A stretch of DNA of 38,992 nt from NCBI GenBank assembly GCA_002256025.1, contig NKIB01014993.1, positions 1-38,992 on the forward strand, written 5' to 3'. Under the pieces are notes generated by a model. The model saw only the letters and a program-made list of their open reading frames with translations, ran no database searches and was not told the origin of the DNA. The position numbers and the translations under genes are program-made. Below, piece by piece: positions 24,036-35,712 of the stretch (the first letter of the stretch is position 1; each line of letters opens with the position of its first letter). The stretch comes from Asterionella formosa. Its lineage: Eukaryota.

Positions 24036-25430
24036 ATGTCTTCAAAAAAACATAAAGAGGTTCATGGAAACAAGCGACAGGTGACAAATACTGCCGGTAT
24101 GGAACAAATAAGCAAGTTCCAAAATGAGTTAACAAAGAAAAAGCGAATAGCCGATTATCCAAAGGGGTACTACCCCATCTTTGATGGGGACACCATCAGC
24201 TACTAGTAGAAAGGCTCCCGTAATTGATACTGAAAGCAATGATGACGTTTCTATTTCAGTTGTTGATACAAGGAAAATGACTCCTGTTGATGATACCATT
24301 AATAACTCCCGGATGCAGATGGATGACATGGTACCATATCATAAATTTTCTAATCGCACGGACCAACAAGTACATGACAAACTGAGGGAAAAACATTTTG
24401 CACTTGCGAAAGGATATTATCAATTGGTCAATGAACTCAATCACTACAAAGGTTGTAATTTGGTTCAAAACTCGTCCATACAAGGTTATCAAGAATCTTC
24501 AATTTCAGCAGCCTTATCAGAACGTCGTTCCCGCTAAGCTAAAATTGAACCGAACTATCAATTGTAACAAACAAGGTTGTGAGTTTTATTTTCAAGACCA
24601 AGAAGTTTTGCTGTGAACATGTAAGTTTGAGGTTATTGTTCGTGAATTGCAGGTACTGTAAAAAATAATGAAAGGCATTTCCAATCAAAAACAGCCAGGA
24701 TTGGTTTGCCCAATGTTGACCTGCCTAACTCGGCTATACACAGTGAAACCGGAGTTAGGCAAAGCAGTGGAGAGTGACCCAGAGCTTGCCGATTTCATGT
24801 GGAATGGTTCTGATGCACTACTTCCGATGAATCAGACCATTGAACGTACCAACAACATTTGGTGGCATGCGGCCTGCATTGAAGAGTTGAGAGAATGTCA
24901 GAATGTATTGAATAATCAATTTAAAGGAATCTTAGGTAAGTTCTTGCAGGGCAGGAGATGCTCTGAAAGCATGATGCTTTGAGTTGGTGATTATATTATT
25001 ATCAAATATGTATGAATTAAAAATACTAACATAATTCAAGACACACCAGCTGGTCTAACAGAATATAATTTCCAGACTATGGATATTGATGACTTGCTTT
25101 ATTAGGTGGGCGTTCACTCTTTATCGTTTTGCGCAGTCAAAGGACATTGACAGGGGAAGCCAAGAATACCAAGTCTGGCGTGATGTTCTTGCTCCAGTGT
25201 ATTTTATAGGCCGGACAAGCCGTGGAGAACCATTTATAACAGGAGACAAATCTGTTGTGACCAAAATTCAACTAAGTCTTCAGGCAAAATGTGATTTGCA
25301 ATCACGTTTTGTTGGTTCGCTGATCAATGCCAGTAAAGAAGCCTTTTGCTTCTAGGGGCTGAAAGGAAAGAAAAATATTTGGGTTTCAATCCAGATACGC
25401 ATGAAATTTCAGAGAACGATATTCGTCATT
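24036..25430 (+). pseudogene. Decayed intron-containing ORF of unknown function, possibly a transposon accessory protein
   Basis: Successive ORF pieces (23937, 24181, 24668, 25086) on one strand; GTAAGT donors at ~24621 and ~24936; branch point TACTAAC at ~25024. Confidence 0.45.
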
Positions 25431-25446
25431 CTACTGATTTTGTCGA

Positions 25447-26962
25447 CTATCCACAATCATCTTCTGGTTGAAATAACACGGAATCATGTTCAGTGGCCAT
25501 AATGATCTGCAATGGTGCTTTGTTGCGCGTATAGAAAGATTCCGATAAACCAATTTCTTCACGTGTATGGGATTCTTGTGGAAGATATCCTGTATCAGTG
25601 CGAAACAATTCCAATTGTCTGCAGCATCCAGGGATGATGCAGTACTGACGGGCCAGGTGAAATACTTGATCATAATGTTCATCCAAACTTGCATCTTTTC
25701 CTCGATCACAGACTTGACATAATCCATCATTTATAGCAAAAAGATAATGCACAAAATGGTTGTTTTCCTCCTCATCTGATCTTTTGCAGTAAACAATTAG
25801 CACATAGTTACTGTCATGATGAAGTGGATGACAATCACCTTGGTATATTTACGGTTTGTAATTACCCTTTTCTGGGTTCTCATCCAGATCAAATATAGTA
25901 TAAACTTTACATCATTTGGATGAAGTTCATGAATTATATAATGGATCATAGAGGCAATTGTTTCAAGGTCCCAATATGCAAGCTCTTTAAAATCTGAAGA
26001 TGATTTTTTGATACCTTTGACTCCATAAAATACAGAGGCGTACTTGCATATATCTTGCGGGGTACTAGTGTACAACTCTTTCCAAAATTTTAGTTGTCCA
26101 TGCGATTTCGGCAAACTCAAGGAAAATGCCGTTTGCTTTGGCATAATAACTCTACAAATTTCACATGCCGACTTTTCACAAAAGTGGCTGGCTTCTGGAT
26201 TGTTTTCAATGATTTTACAAAGAAATTCTTTTTCTTCCATGTATGATTTGGAAAAAGATTCAATTTTGTGTTTCTGACTTCGTTCCCGACTCAGAGCATC
26301 AACTGCCTTAGCCAGCATCACATCTCTGTCTGCATTAATCTTCTTGAATTCGAGGTCTTGATCTAGCTCGCACTTTTTCTTGAATATCTTTTCTTTTAGA
26401 AATGCAGTAGTTTCTCTATTTTCGTGATGTTCATCTTGATGTTCTGGACAAATAGTGAGACATATTTCTTGGTTTTGCAACTTTTCAACCATTTCTACTT
26501 CTGAAGTGATGTCTCCCACATTTCCGCCAATATTTTCATTCATCACATGAACTGATTCATCAAATGAATGAGAATCACTGAGTTCTTCTTCATTATCAGC
26601 GCTTTCAGGAGAATGAGCAAAATACATCACTGGATGGAACTGTGACTCTTTAGGAATAGAGTCTTCATCTGCGAAGAACAACTGTTTGGGTTTCCTCGGC
26701 TCTTCGAAAGCAAGCCAATCTTTCCATCTTTTCATTCTCGGCCACTATTGTATCGGCATTCTTCATTGCTTATTTTTTCTGGATTATTGTGAATCTGTTC
26801 AAATTTATCTGATCTTTGAGTGTATTCAAAGGAATCTTCGATTGATTTCATAAGTTTCTTCATCTTCTTTTCCGAAAACATAAAGTCGTGTAGTGTAAAC
26901 AATGGAACTAAGTCACGTTTCTTGTTTGACTGATCCTTTGCATGAAATCCATGAAATGCCAT
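25447..26962 (-). pseudogene. Frameshifted ORF of unknown function (acidic region, coiled coil, Cys-x4-Cys-x2-Cys)
   Basis: Abutting 76, 312 and 118 aa ORFs on the minus strand in different frames. Confidence 0.5.
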
Positions 26963-27684
26963 TTGGAAAGCAAGTTGTCAAAGGGACAGAAGACTATTAT
27001 GTAAAACAGTGATGGAAGGGAATCGCCGAGCTTCTTGCGGCGCTTGTGGAGGTGCAGCTGGTGTGATGGTAAGCGAGTGTAGTAATTGTTGAACAGCGCA
27101 CAGCAGTGTAATATGCATGTTCCGCCAGTGTAATATTTGCACAATACACATGCCGGCATAAATACAGCTATAACCAAGAAAAACGACATGACAATGAATG
27201 TGATGGCTGGTTGTTGAGGATACCGGTATGTGATGTGCATCAATCCATATCACAAATCATATTATAGTGATGTACATATCAACGCATCAGTAAACTTAGA
27301 TCCTATCCACTGTATAATACTATCATATTAACTGTTAGCTTTCACTGTATACATTAAAAGTCGAATTTATTTATTAAGTAACATAGTTTTTTTCTTCTTC
27401 TGTGATGTATTGATAACACTTGCGTACATATTTTATCGTATTTTATTGTCATTGTATTATTTTAACATGATCATATTTTGATCAAAATTATATCATAAAC
27501 ATTTTAAGAAATCATCATAGTTCTATGATCAATGCATCATAGCTATGTGATATACTTTTTTCAATATTGCGTATCATACTTTGGTGATGTACGCATTGAT
27601 TGGAAGAATAGTATTCTGCATTGTACTACGGAGTATGATATTATAACACGCACTTTAGTAGCTAAGTCACTCCTGTAATGTACA

Positions 27685-28160
27685 ACACAAGTCGACAGTG
27701 CACATACACACACGCTAATCAGGTTGGAGGCAACGGACAGTGGTTACAACGAGCGAATGACGATACCCTGGGTACCAATTTTTCCAGCGGCAAACCGTAA
27801 TGATGAAAGACACTTGTCCCTCTATTGATGAGGATGACATGGACACCGACTTTTCCAGAAGCAAATGAAATGAAGAGACCCACTTGTCGTTCTATGGATG
27901 GTGACAAAGATGCGGACAAGGTCAACAGTGAATACAAGAACAAAATACCAATGAAAACATGTCAACAGTGTGTGTACGCAGACGCCAAGGAGGTCACGTT
28001 TGAGGCAACGGACAGTTCCAACAAGCAAATGACGATATGGATATCAAATTTTTCCTACAAGAAAACAACAATGAAGAGAGCCACTTGCTTTCGCTCTTTT
28101 GATGGTATCAAAGATGCGGAAAAGTTCAATAGTAAATACAAGCACAGGATACCAAATGCA
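27685..28160 (+). repeat. Degenerate internal duplication
   Basis: gaggcaacggacagt occurs at ~27727 and ~28002. atgaagagac/gccacttg...aaagatgcgga...aatacaag occurs at ~27870 and ~28071. Confidence 0.65.
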
Positions 28161-28851
28161 GAAACGAGCAACATGAAAAAGAAATTGTAATCAGAATCAT
28201 TCTATAACTATAGCTATGTAGACAGTAGTCTGTTACATTTTCGTATCTCCTTCTATGCTGAATCTCAATAGTAGATGTAGTATCATGTGAGAATTGAAAA
28301 TGTCAACAAGAACAAGTAGAATGTGTTTGTTTATGGGTTGATTGGCGAAATTGTAATGCTTGTGGTCGACGAATCGGATAAACGGATTCACAATGTGCGC
28401 TATGTGCGGAACCATTACGAGTTCGAATGATTTCTTCTCTCCTGTAAACTCTTAATTGAATGATTATGAACAAAGGTTCACTGCACATGATGATTACTCG
28501 AAGATATAGTGATCACATGACCAACAATTGAAGACGTCATTATTGCAAACAATCATTCCACTTGTCATTACTAGAATTTCGTTGTTGTTTCAAAAATTGG
28601 AGTGATGACAGATGGAAATGATGAGCCAAATTGCATTACTTCAGCTGGTACTTTATCCTACCAAGAAATTCGAATACAGGAATCTAGTAGAAACAATACA
28701 TATAATAATTAAACATGTGTAGTCAAAAGGGTTACTATTTAAATTTCAAGTGCATTTATCAAAATTATTAGAGGATATAACGAAAAATTATGATCAGATG
28801 ATACAATCTTATATTGCATAATGGAAATATGATAGTTTTTATTTGCAGATT

Positions 28852-29285
28852 GGAGTATAGAGTGTGAATGTTCTCTTTGAGATAAGCTGTCTGTTTGACA
28901 TGCTCATCTCCCAGATCCTATTTTTTGTCCGTGTTGCCCCTTCGGGTGGGTCTTTTGGCATGTCAATGGCAACCATTTCAATATTCTTGACCACCAGGCA
29001 AATGTTGCCGCCATTCTTGTATGTTCTTCCAACATAGCCGGAAATCTCTTTGGTAGTCTTTGCAAACAAATCTGATTGTCTTGCATCAGAACAATCATAT
29101 ATGTTCCCTTTAAGGTTGTTGCATTTGCCTTCAAATTTTGTAGGGATGTGTCGATTTGTGGACTTTGAGAACTGATATGATCCTTTCTTCTTTAGGTCTA
29201 TGTTCTTCTTTTTGTACTTTGTTATGCCTTCCCTGGCTTCAACCTTGATTCCTTCACCCTTTTTCATGATTCTATATCTCTGCAC
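28852..29285 (-). pseudogene. N-terminal part of Copia gag
   Basis: KFEGKCNNLKGNIYDCS..QSDLFAKTTKEISGYVGRTYKNGG, resembling diatom Copia gag N-termini; lies immediately after the 5' LTR. Confidence 0.85.
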
Positions 29286-29299
29286 TTCTATTTTAATTC

Positions 29300-29624
29300 T
29301 GTTGAAACCACTGTGTCTACAGCAGCACCTCTATGCTGATCAAGCAACAGATCCAGTGTGCAATAGAGACAGGGCGATCGAATTGTTTGTAAATTTGGAG
29401 AATTAAAATAGTATGAGCCAATTTCCATGCTCATTAATCTACACTGGTAGTTGTGAAATTTCTGACATGGGTCTTGTTTTTGTTATTGGGTACACATTCC
29501 TTTTTCTTCCTTCTTGCTTCAACTGTGACCCACTCGTCATCGTGACCTAATAATTTTGTCTTACCACATGCTGTTTTCGTCTCACCATCTGACAACTTTG
29601 TCTTGCCATCTGTTAGTTCCAACA
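29300..29624 (-). repeat. 5' LTR (325 bp)
   Basis: TGTTG...CAACA termini; direct repeat of 19872-20195. Confidence 0.95.
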
Positions 29625-29897
29625 AAAGGTGCTGTTGTTTCATGCCTTTTTAAGGAAATTCACCAATCAAACAAGCAAATTGTGATGATTTGCGCGTCAT
29701 GGCGGTTACATTGATACATATACACGCACAAATGCTAGACTACCGGTAGTACCTCGTGGTCCTCTACAAACGAAAAAACATATCGGTATGTTGAATTTTG
29801 TGATGATTGTACATTGTATTACCTACTTAATTCCAATTTTGCTTCTCGGTGCTGAGCGATTGCATTGCGCCTTGAACATTTTCATCATCTGTGGATC

Positions 29898-31226
29898 ATG
29901 AACGAAAGCTTAAGAATACTCATATTAATCCTCCTTACCTCCAACATATGCAAATCTTGCCAAGCCGCTTTTGTAAGGAACAGTAAGTCAGCAAATCCAA
30001 CTTCATTCCTGCTTTCACCCCGTAGGACAATGTCGCTCGCGCCTGAATCAACAAGTCGTTTCATGAGCGCATCTCTCAATACTGACGACATTCTTGAGAG
30101 AACAGCGACCATGGATGCGAGATCCACAGCTTTTTCTCCCCTGACTGACTTGGAGCTGAATGATATTATCATATCCATTCAAAACATAATCCCAACAACT
30201 GCAAACATCGATTATGACGAGCTTCGAACGCTTCTGTCGGAGATTGGCCACCTGTCTCACAAGGATTGGGCCCGCACAGGAGAAAGCTCTGAAAGGATTG
30301 GTAGAGTTCTTTTCCCTGAGGGTATGTGTTTCAACACTCGTCAAATGTTAAGTCGCATCTTGGACGAAGGCAACTGGAATGCCGCGGAAAAGCATGCGAC
30401 GGAACAGTTGACAATTGACATGCCATGGGCCGTCCTGGTCACAGGAGTCAATGGAATCCGTAAGACCACGTCCATGTATCAACCTTGGTTTCAAGAGCTG
30501 CTAGCTGAAGCTCTCACGGCTCCCGATGATGGTCCGACGACCACCATTGTCAGAGCTGCTTTGCCTTGTGGTGACAACTCATTTTTTCGTCAATTGGACC
30601 ATATGATTGCGACCCTTTGCAACGAAGACTTCTCGCAACTCTACGCACTCACTGGAAAAGATTTGAAGGAAGGAGAGGAGCCTTCCAAGGAGTTGATCCA
30701 AAAGTATTCGAATCTAAAGGCTGCTATTTTTACGAGGTATCGAACTCTTTCTGAGCTTCTGGGTGTTTGGCTTCTCCGAGAAGCTCAAAAACTCAAAACT
30801 AACTGTATGATGGAGACCTCTGGAAGAGATGTTGCTATGTTTCACTATGTTGACCACTTCTTTCCAAAACACTACAAGAAGTTGGCTCTTCATTTCACTA
30901 TCAACGATTTGAGTTGCGCTCAACAAAGCGTTGATGCCAGAATGGTCACAGAGTTGAAGGATGGCATCCAAGCTTTGAAGAGCAAGGATGTATTTAAAGT
31001 CGTCTATGCCAACGCTGGTGGTCCGTATGGTTCGGAGGTACTGGCTGGAGTTCAAGAAGCCTCTGACCAAGTTTGGAATGAAGTTGTCATGAAGGGCGAT
31101 CAAGTTGGTCAAGACTGGTACAAAGCCACCATTGCCATTCATGCCCATCCAACCGAACCATGGTCTGCGCAAGCTGTTCGACCAGATGGAAGCCTAGGCA
31201 AGAAATTCGTCTTTGAGAATCGTTAG
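29898..31226 (+). CDS. Zeta-toxin-like P-loop kinase-fold protein, probably plastid-targeted
   Basis: Intact ORF with signal peptide ending CQA-AF and a Ser/Arg-rich transit region. AVLVTGVNGIRKTT (variant Walker A), NCMMETSG (Walker B-like), later 'SVDARM'. Confidence 0.65.
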   Translation: MNESLRILILILLTSNICKSCQAAFVRNSKSANPTSFLLSPRRTMSLAPESTSRFMSASLNTDDILERTATMDARSTAFSPLTDLELNDIIISIQNIIPTTANIDYDELRTLLSEIGHLSHKDWARTGESSERIGRVLFPEGMCFNTRQMLSRILDEGNWNAAEKHATEQLTIDMPWAVLVTGVNGIRKTTSMYQPWFQELLAEALTAPDDGPTTTIVRAALPCGDNSFFRQLDHMIATLCNEDFSQLYALTGKDLKEGEEPSKELIQKYSNLKAAIFTRYRTLSELLGVWLLREAQKLKTNCMMETSGRDVAMFHYVDHFFPKHYKKLALHFTINDLSCAQQSVDARMVTELKDGIQALKSKDVFKVVYANAGGPYGSEVLAGVQEASDQVWNEVVMKGDQVGQDWYKATIAIHAHPTEPWSAQAVRPDGSLGKKFVFENR

Positions 31227-31775
31227 CATCCTCTGTTATGTGCAGCTTGGCATAGTTTCCCTTTTTGCTCGCAGTTGAGACTATGCAACAATACAGTAGA
31301 CTAACCAAGTCACCATATCATGCATAGTTTTTGAAACAAGATATCCTCACCATGTGCATGTGAAGATGACCAACTATTTGGTTGCCAGAACTTGATATGA
31401 TCATTTCATAGTTTGAATCTTCATGTCCTCACTGTGTGCATGTGAAGGTGACCAAAAATACTACCAGTATTTAAAAACTGTAAGCCACTATTATTTTACT
31501 CCATCTTCCTACTGAAAATGTTTAAGTAATTTATCAATCGAAAATTGATGCAAGTAATAAGTGTATGTTAGACAATGCACTCTACTCAACAAATAAGTAA
31601 TCAGTTTTGATTCAGTGAATTCAGCCATGAAGATCAAATTTTTTCATAGTCATTAGCAGAGAAATATTACAACGTAGCTCTGGTAGAGTCATTCAATGTT
31701 GAATAGGTATGGTGGCAATTTGTAATATGTATGTTGAACCTACGGATGTACAGCAGACAGCCAGCCAACTGCTAC

Positions 31776-32629
31776 CTGGAAGGTCCGGTAGTGCACCTTC
31801 TAAGTGCACCATTTCAGTTTCGACTCACTCCGAATGATTCCTCCCATGGGTTAGACTGGCTTTCCATTCCAAACTTTCTTAAGTAACTTTTTATGCCGTT
31901 AAATTATCATTCATTAACACCATGTCAACTTCTGATTACCGAAATCGTGTTCAACTATTTCTACAGGTGATAGTATTCAGGAATGGGAAGACGGTTTGGT
32001 TACAGAGTTCACATATCGCTCAGTAACTCCTAGTCTTGTCAGGAAGTTCAATTTGTATTCAGCAAATTCTAGTCGTCGTCAGCAAATTTCTAGTCATATG
32101 TAATCAACAACTGAATCAGTAGTACTCATGAGCAAAAAGTCATTTTGAAAATATCAATGGACTATGGAGAATCAAACAAAATTTGGTTCACCCCATAGAT
32201 TACCGTATTCTAGCGTGTTGCATGCTGTGAAAGTCTTAAATCTCGGCCGTCGCAACTTTGTCATTTTGAATTGTGCATTGTTGCTCCAAACTACTACGTG
32301 AAGCAATGCACCATCAATGACTTCAATGTCTGTTGTCAATATTAGGGTTATTCCAATCATTTTTAAAGATTGTATTATCTATGTCGTGTTAGATATGATT
32401 ACCTAATAGCATCTTGTTGTTTTCATTTTCCATTGAGAAATTCCCGTTATTTTCAGAGTTTTATTCTGCAAATCATCGGTCAATAAGAGTAACATATCCT
32501 AAATTGTCTAAGCAAGGAAAATTATTTTCATCGAAAGATGGCCTACCTTGTCTGATAGGCATGGGACGAACCATTGGGAGTGAATTGTAACTGAAAAGGC
32601 GGGCATAAAACGTGCGCAAAAATCAACAG
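31776..32629. mobile_element. Second long-TIR non-autonomous element, related to 7917-9052
   Basis: Begins CTGGAAGGTCCGGTAGTGCACCTTCT. 31791-31857 aligns with the reverse complement of ~32550-32617 (tttcagtt..tcactcc.aatg.ttc.tcccatg). Internal (T/G)CAGCAAA and TGAGCAAAAAGTCAT motifs. Confidence 0.6.
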
Positions 32630-32940
32630 GGTCACATGCCCGGTGGAACATTTGACATGTACAAAAAGAATTGTTCCTCCGGTATGCTGGGTACGGAAAC
32701 TTTAGTAGGAGTGAATACTTAAAGGAGATGATTGTTATCCATCTTTTCCTATAGTATACTGATCAATAATTTTATGAGTTGCCAAGTGTTGCTCAGTATT
32801 TAGACGCCACTCTCACAGGAGACAGACAGAGCAATCATACATCATTCAGTGCCAATCACCATCATCAATGATGGTTCCACTTGATGAATAACTAAAACTA
32901 CTAAAGTAACATGCATGGCTGAGGCTAATATTCGAACAAC

Positions 32941-33100
32941 AATTGCTAGTCAATTAGGGGCTATTGGAATGATGAATTGGAATGCCACTGTATTTATAGA
33001 GCATCTATTTATCATTCCCCAATTGCTAGTCAATTAGAGGCTATTGGAATGATGAATGGGAATGCCACTGTATTTATAGAGCATCTATTTATCATTCCCC
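32941..33100 (+). repeat. 80-bp tandem duplication (2 mismatches)
   Basis: aattgctagtcaattag...tttatcattcccc at 32941-33020 and 33021-33100. Confidence 0.95.
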
Positions 33101-33476
33101 ATTCTAGTCAGTTCCTAAGGCCGATGGATAGGCTTATTGATGGATTGTTGTTTGCAAAATCCATTTTTGATCCCACAGAAGGTACCAACAAGAACTTTCT
33201 TCGGATGTAAAACTACCCTCCAGCAGTACTTCCCAAAACTGGCCACCTGGAAATTGCCCAACTCATGCTGGTTTCTTGGTTTTTTCGATGCAATATAATC
33301 ACGGCCGCATCCATCTCTTCCTGTTCCATTTGTCAGAAGCCCTCTCCCATGCAGTCGCTCTCCATGGAGTCACGAGTACCGCCGACTAACGGAGATTTAT
33401 AAAGAGTGTGAGTTAGTCGATGTTTAGAATGGCAACACAGCTCCTCTATGTATAGCTAAGGCTGAAACTTATGGTG

Positions 33477-33541
33477 CCCGAAATACGAAGATCGAATATT
33501 GCGAAGCTATCATCGCAAAATCTTCAATCTTCGTATTCGGG
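33477..33541. repeat. 65-bp imperfect palindrome
   Basis: CCCGAAATACGAAGAT..TTGCGA-loop-TCGCAA..ATCTTCGTATTCGGG. Confidence 0.8.
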
Positions 33542-35712
33542 AAATTTTGTGGCCACCTTGTTACGGCCCCAAAGATTAAATAGAACGTCAATCCATGTGT
33601 CAAATGACCAATCTCATGAATTGAGATTTATTTCTACATAAAAATTGGTAGTCTTATCCGTACGAATATTATTGTAATTAATTATAATGAAAATCGTCAA
33701 CACTCAATGCTCCATCGTTGTTGTTGCTGTTGTTGTAAGGTGATCGGCCTTCACATTGGCCTATCTCCTTTCTCCTCTCCCACCACCAGTATCTCCCTAC
33801 CATCACAATGACGACTCAGAGGTCTTTTCATTCTTTTTCGCTTAGCAGATGTTGTTGGATGGCGACAGCTGATTCCCTTGTTCAGATTGAACTTCCAAAT
33901 GAAACTGAGAAACCAGCTCATTTTGCAACGCAGCTGGCAAGGCTGCTGGTAGTTGCCATGACAACCATTGTTGCTTCCATGGCTGTACACACTGTTGATA
34001 ATGTTCCCGGAAGGTTGACGATAGTGTTGGCGGAGTCATGTATGTAATGATGCTTAACGGATATTCTACCGGTTACCGGCAGTCATCTAGTCTACATAGG
34101 TACGTGCTACTAAAAACAACCATGCATGGTTTAAGTTATGCTTTAACGCTTACTTTGAACACGTAATAATATTATCTCTGTAGACTCGGTATTATTTTTA
34201 CAAGACCTGAAATGTTGAATTATATCGTTCACATATTCATTGATTTTACGTACCATATGCCCGATTTCGTCCTCACAAATATAGTTCTCACTCTATCTTG
34301 CCTGCCTTTGCTCTATTCGGGCTTGCAATAGGCAACGTTCGTCTTTCTTTGATCCCATTGTCTGCTGCTTGTTATGCTAGTTGAAGCGGATCGGTGAGTA
34401 CAACAGTGAAATACTGAATGTGGATTGTTGTAGATCGTATTTATCGGGCCGACTTTCCGATTTGATTGCTTCCGTGGTTTGTTTTGTTCGCTTCCATCGT
34501 TGTTTGTCGTTACGCACTGTCGTTTTGTTTCGATTGTACATATCTACATAAGAACCAATGCATTTATCAATGAATACTCATTGAAGATGTGGTATTGTGC
34601 TGTTGTTGATCGTATTTGTTGATTTGTATAGTCGTTGACAATGATGTCAATATTGCCGCCAAGCAATGCTTTTCTTGTACTAACGCGCTTTGCTACATTT
34701 CTACTGTGAGTTCGTATCAGAAGCTACATGAATACTCAGCTAGAGAGAGTCAATAGTGCTGGAGCAGCGTGGCGATCATGCTTGCTCAGAATGGAATGAT
34801 CAGGGTTGCCTGTTTGGTGGGCAGAGAGGAATGACTGTGGCGGAAATACTGCTACTGGTGTCAGGCTACTACAGTGATGCGCATTGTTGCAGCAACCAGA
34901 CCACAATGCAGGTCTACATTGGGTTGAGCTTTTTTCTTCTTATTTCGGTCTTCGATTGTGTGGTGATGGAAAGTCAATGTTGCCTGTGTAAGTACTACAA
35001 TGATTCACAATGCATGCGTCTCCATTGGAACTCTTATTCTTTATTTCATTTCTAACCCAAAACAATTTTTTCTATTTCTCATTTGATGCTACTTATTACA
35101 TCGCATTTCATACTTTGGTTGCTCCAAACATCATGTTCAATTATTGATGTTGCATGTTACAATCATTCTCGTGTGTTTTACGCTTGTTGTACCATCTCTA
35201 TGCTTATTACCGATATTCTGGTTGTCATGCTAAAATCGGCAATTTTATTTAATTCCGAAAAATTCGATGTGCCCCATATTGCCCTTAAATAAAAATTACT
35301 TAAGAAATTACTTAGAGCCTAAAAATTACTAGAAGTACCCGAATGGCAAGACGATAGCTGGAGCGGGAATTGCTGACAAACCACCCTGTTGGCTGTGCCA
35401 GGTACTACACAATGTACCGGTAGCTAGCCCGGTATGATACCACCACGTCCAAAATTTAACTAGATACCTCACCAGGTACTGGTATTCTGCATCATCAATA
35501 ATCTATCATAACAGAGAGTCCGAGCAGACGTATTCGTCAAGTCAACAGTGGTCGATTGCTGTGTCTGTAACTACCGGTATACTAGCGAACTGGTACTGCA
35601 TTGACAATCCAAGCATTAGACAAGCAAGATCAAAAGTAGATTTGTCCTGTTGACTGACCCTTCAGCTCGCGTCTATATTTCACAGCAGCGACCAGCCCTC
35701 GAATCCGTCAAA

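Larger units (their letters stand above)
23421..28851. mobile_element. Unclassified 5.4 kb insert (probable DNA-transposon relic) replacing the rest of gag and the protease
   Basis: Copia homology stops at ENIHTLYS (~28852) and resumes at YSQQDYS (23420). The interval holds a tandem array and decayed ORFs unrelated to Copia. Confidence 0.65.
19872..29624 (-). mobile_element. Decayed Ty1/Copia LTR retrotransposon (diatom CoDi-like) with a large foreign insert
   Basis: Two TGTTG...CAACA LTRs; flanks CAAGG/AAAGG (5-bp TSD with 1 mismatch). gag, integrase, RT (LHVDDLKISH) and RNase H (ADYFTKPLQG) fragments lie in Copia order. PPT-like AGGAGTG is adjacent to the 3' LTR. Confidence 0.95.

Noticed and set aside
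33751..34047. Overlapping short ORFs
   Set aside because: No recognisable domain; at most a decayed fragment.
34250..35290. Possible transposon ending GCCC|TTAA with weak internal repeats
   Set aside because: No matching opposite terminus found.
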